Part shown: positions 1-6,587 of the stretch, piece after piece
Layout of the letters: each line of letters opens with the position of its first letter
Position numbering within the stretch: the first letter of the stretch is position 1
NCBI GenBank assembly: GCA_020341875.1
Contig: CP070839.1
Location: 2,360,001-2,396,621, forward strand
DNA length: 36,621 nucleotides
From: Candidatus Zixiibacteriota bacterium
GTDB lineage: Bacteria; Zixibacteria; MSB-5A5; SM1-73
Direction: 5' to 3'
Position numbers and translations under genes: made by a program
Notes under the pieces: generated by a model
The model's input: only the letters and a program-made list of their open reading frames with translations
Told to the model about the DNA's origin: nothing
Databases searched by the model: none

Positions 1-387
1 CGGACCTAAGGGTTTGCTCTTGGTATGGAATCTCTTCTCATAGTTTAAGAAGCGAATTCTGAACACTCCCATGATATGAAGGCCCAAGAGCACGATGATC
101 ACACCGGCGATCTTGTTGAAAAGGGAAAGCTTGGACAGCAGGAATTCACCGATAAAGGTGGCCGAAGCGCCCAGGGCAATAAAAACAAAGGAGAAGCCCA
201 GGACGAACAGAAGGGTGTTCAAACTCACCTTTTTCAAGGCCTCCGACTTCTTGTCGCCACTCTTCATCTCCTCCACCGAGACCCCGGAGATGAAGGAAAG
301 GTATCCAGGAATCAGCGGTAGAACGCAGGGCGAGACAAACGAGATTAATCCGGCAGTAAAAGCAGCCAAGACGGAAACGTTTTCCAC
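1..387 (-). CDS. ccdA: Cytochrome c biogenesis / thiol-disulfide transporter CcdA (DsbD-family membrane protein), 3' end cut by window edge
   Basis: Absent from the ORF track because it has a GTG start and runs off the window. My minus-strand translation from GTG 387 gives VENVSVLAAFTAGLISFVSPCVLPLIPGYLSFISGVSVEEM...GVIIVLLGLHIMGVF. The SPCVLPLxPGYLSxISG motif is the CcdA/DsbD TM1 signature. GGAGGA lies at 397-392, 4 nt upstream of the GTG. Confidence 0.8.
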   Translation of the reverse strand, partial: MENVSVLAAFTAGLISFVSPCVLPLIPGYLSFISGVSVEEMKSGDKKSEALKKVSLNTLLFVLGFSFVFIALGASATFIGEFLLSKLSLFNKIAGVIIVLLGLHIMGVFRIRFLNYEKRFHTKSKPLGP

Positions 388-659
388 TCGTTCCTCCAGT
401 AACTCAGTTCGTCATTTCCTATCGGGCCCGAGACTCTCGTCTTTTTGTCGTGTCGACAGATGCGGGCCGAGACGAGCGAATTCGGGGAAATTCTTGAGAT
501 CCCGGACTCCGTCAAGAATCTCCAACGACCACGGATATTTACTTGTGATTACGGACTCATGGGGGAAAAATTTGCAGCGGAACTGTCCAGACAGAACTCT
601 AAAGGTGTGATCAGGACGAAAGATGCGTTGACGTCAAGTGAAGCACCAAGGCCCCTAAT

Positions 660-1643
660 TCAGGATATTACTTTCTCTATTTTGGCAATCTCCTCTCGAA
701 TTATCTTTTCCAGAAACTCCGGGCTTATTCTCTTCCCCACCTCCTGGGCGATCTTCGCCGGAATCCTCTCCTTTAGGTAAGAAATAAGCTGGTCTAGTTG
801 AGGACGTTCAATCACCCTTGCTGCCGAAGGTCTACCTTTGACAACCTCCCTCTCGTAGGGATGCTCGACCTCCTGCTTTAGATCCCTTACAAAATCCTCG
901 AAGTTCCTTCCCTCCTCATCTAACTCGTAGGCTTCACTTTCTTCCTGGAGCTCCACCTTTTCCTCCGAGCTCTCATCCCCGGAGAGACCCGGCTTCTCCT
1001 CCACTCGCGAGACTGACTCTTCGGGCTTCCGGGTCTCCTTTTTCAATTCATACAGAAACCAGTCGAACCCGTGAGCCGGTTCCTCGTCGGTCCCCGCCCC
1101 CCCCGGACCAAGATCCTCCATCACGTCGCTGGTCTCAAGTATATTCAACTCGCCGTCCGGTTTTCGTTCGTCGGCGGGAGGAACGTCTTTGCCAGACTCC
1201 TCTTTATCGGCAGCACGTTCCTCGGCAGGCGTGGGTCCTTTGCCGCCCTCCAAACCCTCAGAGGGGGCGGTCTCCTTTTTGCGGACCAGCCTTTCCGCAT
1301 GGTCCAGAATCTCACGCGGGTTGAAGGGTTTGCTGATGAATCCTTCTGCGCCTTTCTCTATGAGCTCTTGCTGCCTGTCTTTCCTGTCTCCGGTTAGGAG
1401 CATCACCACCGGAATGTCTTTTGCGCCCGACTTTTGCCGGAGAACCGACCACGCTCCTTCCCCGCCCGGGATGGACATGGCATCATCCAGGAAAATCAAC
1501 TCTGGCCCGTCCGTCTCTGCCAATGTTAAAGCTCTGGCTCCGTTGTCGGCCAGAAGTACCGTGTATCCATGCTTCTTAAGCAGAGACTCCGCGACGTTTC
1601 TGACGGTGGGGCTTTCATCGGCCACCAGGATCTTTTCTGCCAT
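660..1643 (-). CDS. Response regulator: CheY-like receiver domain plus ~200-aa acidic C-terminal region of unknown function
   Basis: 327-aa ORF. The N-terminus KILVADESPTVRNV...LIFLDDAM...VVMLLTG...FISKPF has the receiver pattern. AAGGAAG Shine-Dalgarno lies just upstream of ATG 1643. The C-terminal two thirds is E/D/K-rich and matches no domain I recognise. Confidence 0.8.
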   Translation of the reverse strand: MAEKILVADESPTVRNVAESLLKKHGYTVLLADNGARALTLAETDGPELIFLDDAMSIPGGEGAWSVLRQKSGAKDIPVVMLLTGDRKDRQQELIEKGAEGFISKPFNPREILDHAERLVRKKETAPSEGLEGGKGPTPAEERAADKEESGKDVPPADERKPDGELNILETSDVMEDLGPGGAGTDEEPAHGFDWFLYELKKETRKPEESVSRVEEKPGLSGDESSEEKVELQEESEAYELDEEGRNFEDFVRDLKQEVEHPYEREVVKGRPSAARVIERPQLDQLISYLKERIPAKIAQEVGKRISPEFLEKIIREEIAKIEKVIS

Positions 1644-1715
1644 TAGCTTCCTTTCACCGATTCTTCGTCACAAAAGTGAATAGTGTTACCCGGGAGACTG
1701 CCAGTCGGTCCTCAC

Positions 1716-2546
1716 TCACCCTTTTTCCCGCTCTTTGGACAGAATCTGGCTGGCCTGTTCCAGTGCCTTCTTCTCCTCTTTGGTGAGTTTATCGTATCCT
1801 ACCTGGTTGATCTTATCCAGAATCTGATCCACCCTATCCATCAGCTTCTGCTCCCTGTCCCTCTGCCTGCTGATGACCTTCATCCTGCGTCGATGCTTCA
1901 AGTTCCTCAGACGAGTCAAGTATGTTGAGAATCGAAAGAATGAGGGAATTCTGAAGTCGGACTTGATATACAGATAGCCAATCACCATTCCCCCTAAGTG
2001 GGCAAAATGGCCTATCCCGTCTGAGGTATGTCGGAAAGAGGCCAAAAACTCTATCACCGCGAAGAAGATCACCAGATACTTGGCTTTCACCGGAAAGAGG
2101 AAATAGACGTAAATCAGTCTATTTGGGAACATCAGGGCGAACGCCACCAGGATTCCGAAGATGGCACCAGAGGCCCCGATGGTTGGGATCTGCGAATTAA
2201 ACGAGAAGATGAAGGTGAAGAGTCCGGCACCTATGCCGGTGATGAAATAGTACTTCACGAACTCCCGTGTTCCCCAAGCTCTCTCGATGTCACATCCAAA
2301 CATCCACAGGGCAAACATGTTGAAGAGGATGTGAAACAGACCCCCGTGAAGGAACATGTAGGTGACCAGCTGCCACACCATGCCCTTTTTCACCAAAACC
2401 GGGGTCAATCCAAAAACGTAGATCAACTCGGAACGCCACACAAACTCCAGGAGGAAAAAGCCCAGGTTCACCAGCAGAAGATACTTGACCGCCTTGGTGA
2501 TTCCTCGTTGCCCGAAGCTGTAACTTTGGTGAGCGTAGTAGCTCAT
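1716..2546 (-). CDS. Rhomboid-family intramembrane serine protease with basic/helical C-terminal tail
   Basis: 276-aa ORF. It carries HGGLFHILFNMFALW (the H..xxN motif), GASGAIFG (catalytic Ser) and AHLGGMVIG (catalytic His), plus multiple hydrophobic segments. Confidence 0.88.
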   Translation of the reverse strand: MSYYAHQSYSFGQRGITKAVKYLLLVNLGFFLLEFVWRSELIYVFGLTPVLVKKGMVWQLVTYMFLHGGLFHILFNMFALWMFGCDIERAWGTREFVKYYFITGIGAGLFTFIFSFNSQIPTIGASGAIFGILVAFALMFPNRLIYVYFLFPVKAKYLVIFFAVIEFLASFRHTSDGIGHFAHLGGMVIGYLYIKSDFRIPSFFRFSTYLTRLRNLKHRRRMKVISRQRDREQKLMDRVDQILDKINQVGYDKLTKEEKKALEQASQILSKEREKG

Positions 2547-3146
2547 ATATCTATCTATCGGAGAGCGCTACAGTTTACTTAAAGCCAAAGCCGAGATTGC
2601 ATTCTCTTGAAAAGCGCGAGAATCCAAGCTTGACGGTCATCCGCCCGCCGGTGGAGTTGATCCATCGCGACTGGCGACGCACCACCCCAGGCTGCCGCAC
2701 ATGTCAGCGACCGCTTGATGACTCTCTGACAAATTAAATACGATCCGACTCTCTCATACGGTTTAGGAATTGTCCCGAAAAGCTTCCTCCGACAAGACGA
2801 AACCGTCAAAGGCGTCGAATAAGGTAAGTGTCAAGGCCTTACAGAAGAGAGTGGATTCCGACATGAGTCAAGGGCATCACCCCGGGGACTCACCCTGTGG
2901 ACAGAGCGACTCCGATAGGCCGAAGAAAGGGCGCTGTCGATTCGCAGGTTTTGGCGAATGTCCTTGGTTTTGTGGCGGAATGAGTTATGGTTGGGAGCAT
3001 GTCCTTAGAGAGGGCCGCCATCGCAACTTCCTGCGAACCTCTTGCTTTCACTTCTGCCAGCATGTTCCGGTAGTCGGGTATGCCTCAATAAGCCAAAGCC
3101 AGCCAACATGTTAACAGGACAAAAAAAACACCCCGATCCGCAGATT

Positions 3147-3163
3147 CTGGCGTAATTTTTGCC
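3147..3163 (+). promoter_or_regulatory. Sigma-54 (-24/-12) promoter candidate P1
   Basis: CTGGCGTAATTTTTGCC has GG at 3149-3150 and GC at 3161-3162, which is the exact GG-N10-GC spacing of YTGGCACG-N4-TTGCW. It sits ~80 nt upstream of ATG 3244, and a sigma-54 activator is the second gene downstream. Confidence 0.55.
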
Positions 3164-3243
3164 TAATATCAGACTTGACATTCTGTGTATAGGACTAAGC
3201 AGGAATGCTCATCACACCTTTTCGTTTCAGGAGGTGACATAAG

Positions 3244-3555
3244 ATGGTTAAGAAAGGCATTATCATAATTCTGACGCTGGTACTTCTGCTGGCTTTTGCT
3301 GCGCCCGCCTTCCCCAGGTGGGGTCCAAAACCACAGGGGTTTGGGCCTGTGGTGTTGGGCCACCCGTGGGGCGATCAGAGTCCCAAAAGCGAGAGCGTCG
3401 ACATCCCCCCTATGTATCGCGGTTCAGGGGCAGGAATCGGGGACTTGATCATTGGAGCGGCCACCAGTTTCACCGTTCAATTCTACCTCAAGTATGTTGT
3501 CAAGGATAAAACGGTCAGACAAGTCTCGATTAGATATGCCGGCAAATCAGATTAA
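3244..3555 (+). CDS. Small exported or membrane-anchored hypothetical protein (103 aa)
   Basis: AGGAGG at 3229-3234 lies 9 nt before the ATG. The N-terminus MVKKGIIIILTLVLLLAFAAPAFP is signal-peptide-like. I recognise no family. Confidence 0.7.
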   Translation: MVKKGIIIILTLVLLLAFAAPAFPRWGPKPQGFGPVVLGHPWGDQSPKSESVDIPPMYRGSGAGIGDLIIGAATSFTVQFYLKYVVKDKTVRQVSIRYAGKSD

Positions 3556-3569
3556 TTCTCCTTCCAAAG

Positions 3570-5960
3570 GTGAGAGAGATGGAGACCAGATCAAAACACA
3601 TGAGATCCTCTTCGGTAAAAGGGACCGAGTTCATCGAGTCTCTGATTGAAGAGGAGAAGTTCACCGAGGCACTGGCGGAAATCGAAAGGGCTGAGAAAGT
3701 CCAAACGGTCCGTCTGTCGCCCGGTGAAGAGGCGAACGTCTGGTATCTGGCATCGCTGTGCTTGTACAAGCTTGGGAGATACAAAGAAGCCCTGGCCCAG
3801 GCGAATCCCGCATTCGAGACTCTCAAGGATACGTCCGAAAACGAAAAGGTGGCACAGATTCAGGAAGTGCTGGGTAGAATTCACTTCAGCTTGGGAGACT
3901 TGAGGGATGCGGAATTGTATGCCAGGGATGCCATTAGTACCTATCGCCGAATCGCGAACCAGGCCGGAATGGTCAAGACTTATAACCTGGTTGCCCGAAT
4001 CTACTTCGTCAGATGCGAGTTCGAAAAATCAATAGAGTACCTGGATGAAGCCAGGAAGCTGTCAGAGAAACTGGGTGATTCCAAGGCTGAGGCGCTGATA
4101 TGTGGAAACCTGGGGAGAGTCTACACTCTCTCAGGGGAATGGAGGAAGGCGGAGAGGAACCTGGAGAAGGGATTTAAGTATCACCAGAGAACCGAGGATA
4201 GCCTCAGCTTGTGCAAAGACCTGCTCTCGTTGGGCTTTGTGGCGTGCTTAAGGCGCGATTTTCAGCGGTCGAAGAGATTCCTGGCAAGGGCTTTTGAACT
4301 TGCGCAGGGACAGAACTTCCTGAGGGAAAAGGCCATCTATCATGAGTATGCTGGTCAATTGGCCCACGCCTCGGGAGACCTGAAGAGCGCAGAGAAGCAC
4401 TTCCTTGAGGCCATTGAGATCAGCCGCGAGGCTGCGCCAGAAGGAGACCTGAATAACCAGGCTTACCGGTTGCTCGCCGAATTGCAGGCGGCCCGGGAGG
4501 ACTTTGATCAAGCGCTGGTCTCCTGCCAAAAATCCCTGGAGGTGTCCGCTTCACTGAGCGAGAAGATCGAGGAGGGGGCCGCATACAGAATCCTGGGGCA
4601 GATCTATTCGGCCGGAAGCGAGAAGGACAAGTCCTCCGAATACTTCACCAAGAGCATCAGCATTCTCCAGCAGGTGGGGGCGAAATACGAATTGGCCAAA
4701 ACCTTCCTGGAGGCCGGTCGGTCACACATCTTCGACTATTACAAGAGGCTGGGATTCTTAAGTAATGCCGAGAGCCTGTTCAGGAGCCTGGACTCGAAAT
4801 ATCATCTGGGGTTGGTAAACTCGGCCATCACCGATCTTCTGGTCGAGGCAAAGGACTACAGCAAAGCTCAGGTTTTTCTGACTGAGGCCGAGACCCTGTT
4901 CAAGCAGTCCAACGATCAGAAGGAACTCCGTGGAGTCCGGGACCTCAGGCGCTCGATTGAGGAAGTCCTCTCTCAGTCCAGCATGATCGCGAAATCCAAC
5001 GGAGAGGTGACCTTTGAGAATGTGCTGACCCAGAACACGGAGATGACCGAGATCGTGGAGAAGCTCAAGCAGGTGATGGATTACGACATCAGCATCCTTC
5101 TGGAGGGCGAGACCGGCTCCGGAAAGGATCTGATAGCCAAGGCCGTACACTACTCCAGCAGCAGGAAAGAGAAGAGGTTCGTTGCCATAAACTGTGCCGC
5201 GCTTCCGGAGAGCCTTTTGGAGAATGAGCTTTTCGGGCACAAGAGGGGAGCTTATACCGGTGCGGACAAGGACCAGCCCGGGCTGTTCGAGGAGGCGGAA
5301 GGGGGAACACTCTATTTGGATCAGGTAGAGGAGATTCCTATATCCACGCAGGTCAAGCTGCTCCGGTCGATTGAGGAAAAGGAGATAACCCGGCTGGGCG
5401 ACACCAAACCCAGAAGAATCAACGTGAGCATCATATCCTCGAGCATCGAGGACTTGCGTGAGGCGGTCAAGAACGGAAAGTTCCGTCAAGATCTGTATTT
5501 CCGCCTCAACACCTTCAACGTTAAAATCCCCTCCCTGCGGCATCGTAAAGAGGATATTCCGCTCTTAGTCAGGCACTTCTTGAAGCAGCACGGTGTTGCG
5601 GAGAAGAAGGTGAAGGAGTTTGAGAGGAAAGGCACCCTCAAGAGGTTCGTGGAATACGGCTGGCCCGGCAACGTAAGAGAGCTGGAAAATGAGATAAAAA
5701 GAATGGTGGTTCTGGCCCAGGCAGGCGACAGGGACCCTTGCGGGGTCCTGTCCGACAAACTGGCCAGCCCGGCTGATCATCGCGACTCCTCCGAGGAAAC
5801 CAGCCTGTTCAGCCTGGTGGCCGAGTTCGAGAAAGAAAGAATCATAGAGGCCTTGAGGCAGACCAACTGGATTAAGTTGAGAGCAGCCAGGCTTCTGGGC
5901 ATCCCCGAAGCCACCATCCGCAACAAGATGAAAAAGCATAACATACTGGCACCGGTTTAG
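3570..5960 (+). CDS. Sigma-54-dependent transcriptional activator (bacterial enhancer-binding protein) with a long N-terminal TPR sensory region
   Basis: 796-aa ORF. Walker A is GETGSGKD, the GAFTGA-loop variant is GAYTGA, and GGTLYLDQVEE and FRQDLYFRLN are present. The C-terminal Fis-type HTH reads LRAARLLGIPEATIRNKMKKHNI. The first ~480 aa are TPR-like repeats (e.g. AQIQEVLGRIHFSLGDLRDAELYARDAI). The start is GTG 3570 or ATG 3579. Confidence 0.9.
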   Translation: MREMETRSKHMRSSSVKGTEFIESLIEEEKFTEALAEIERAEKVQTVRLSPGEEANVWYLASLCLYKLGRYKEALAQANPAFETLKDTSENEKVAQIQEVLGRIHFSLGDLRDAELYARDAISTYRRIANQAGMVKTYNLVARIYFVRCEFEKSIEYLDEARKLSEKLGDSKAEALICGNLGRVYTLSGEWRKAERNLEKGFKYHQRTEDSLSLCKDLLSLGFVACLRRDFQRSKRFLARAFELAQGQNFLREKAIYHEYAGQLAHASGDLKSAEKHFLEAIEISREAAPEGDLNNQAYRLLAELQAAREDFDQALVSCQKSLEVSASLSEKIEEGAAYRILGQIYSAGSEKDKSSEYFTKSISILQQVGAKYELAKTFLEAGRSHIFDYYKRLGFLSNAESLFRSLDSKYHLGLVNSAITDLLVEAKDYSKAQVFLTEAETLFKQSNDQKELRGVRDLRRSIEEVLSQSSMIAKSNGEVTFENVLTQNTEMTEIVEKLKQVMDYDISILLEGETGSGKDLIAKAVHYSSSRKEKRFVAINCAALPESLLENELFGHKRGAYTGADKDQPGLFEEAEGGTLYLDQVEEIPISTQVKLLRSIEEKEITRLGDTKPRRINVSIISSSIEDLREAVKNGKFRQDLYFRLNTFNVKIPSLRHRKEDIPLLVRHFLKQHGVAEKKVKEFERKGTLKRFVEYGWPGNVRELENEIKRMVVLAQAGDRDPCGVLSDKLASPADHRDSSEETSLFSLVAEFEKERIIEALRQTNWIKLRAARLLGIPEATIRNKMKKHNILAPV

Positions 5961-5962
5961 CC
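5946..5962 (+). promoter_or_regulatory. Second sigma-54-like -24/-12 element (P2), overlapping the activator stop codon
   Basis: CTGGCACCGGTTTAGCC has a perfect TGGCAC and the correct GG-N10-GC spacing. The -12 box is TAGC rather than TTGC. Its flanks resemble P1 (CTGGC...GCC). Confidence 0.35.
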
Positions 5963-6009
5963 TCGTTGAGGATCCTTCAGGCCAATGAATTCTGAGTCTG
6001 GTAGGAAAG

Positions 6010-6048
6010 CCTCAGTTCTAGTTTCGGGAACTGAGGTTTTCTTTTCTC
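6010..6048 (+). terminator. Rho-independent terminator
   Basis: CCTCAGTTC (6010-6018) pairs perfectly with GAACTGAGG (6028-6036) over 9 bp with a 9-nt loop. TTTTCTTTTCTC follows. Confidence 0.75.
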
Positions 6049-6587
6049 GGCACGATGCTGCTTTTACGACCGCTCGTACTTCCTGGCGAATTCCATATCC
6101 GCTTGAATGCCAATGGACTGTATTCCCGTCCGTAACCCTTTCGCCGCGCGGTCTCGCCAGACTTTGCGGAAACGAGTTTGGCACTCCTCCCGTCAAACGA
6201 GAACGCCCAGGGACGCCAACCATTACTCTATGCAGCAAAACAAGTTGTGAGGGAGACATTTGATCCTGTGCCGGGTGATAACCGGCACGACTGTTGCATA
6301 CAGCGTGCCTGACGACGTACAGGAGACGTGGCAGTCTGAAGGGAGAAGGCTGGTTTATCCTCGATAAGCCAGCCTTCTGGGCTATCACTGATCGGCGGGT
6401 CAACCGGTTTTCTCCAGGAAGACTTCGGGAAAGAAGAACTCAGAAGAGGTCGTGCACATGCCTTCTTGGTCCCTCGGGTAGAGAAGTTTTGATAGCTGCC
6501 TGTCTTCTTCTTGTTTTGAATATCGAAACGAGGGAGTAGGCCGGATGCGATTCCGGTTCTAAAAGCCATCTTGACGGAGGCAAGCTC

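Noticed and set aside
76-780. Plus-strand ORFs 76..321, 95..610 and 445..780
   Set aside because: They overlap the motif-supported minus-strand ccdA and the 3' end of the response regulator. Their sequences are low-complexity or basic and lack start signals.
2579-3114. Degraded IS200/RayT-like (Y1 transposase) pseudogene on the minus strand
   Set aside because: Fragments such as DYRNMLAEVKARG and MLP(T/N).. loosely recall the ...LL.EV..R.G....A..LMPNH.H.. region. No HUH motif or catalytic Tyr region can be reconstructed in any frame combination, so the resemblance is too weak to call.
4758-5543. 261-aa minus-strand ORF inside the sigma-54 activator. Similar long antisense ORFs are 6624..7403, 21273..22055, 18826..19455, 32568..33098 and 34242..34913.
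   Set aside because: Each is antisense to a gene with clear family motifs (AAA+ activator, T9SS protein, nnr, ECF sigma, flavin reductase, uvrC) and shows no independent evidence.
5961-6587. RNase P RNA, tmRNA, SRP RNA, cobalamin, TPP or c-di-GMP riboswitch in the long gap
   Set aside because: I looked on both strands for the conserved cores I remember: GGAAAGUCCGGGC, the tRNA-like 3' end with CCA context, the GGAA/AGCA SRP loop, the B12 box and the CUGAGA TPP core. I found none. This needs Infernal to be definitive.
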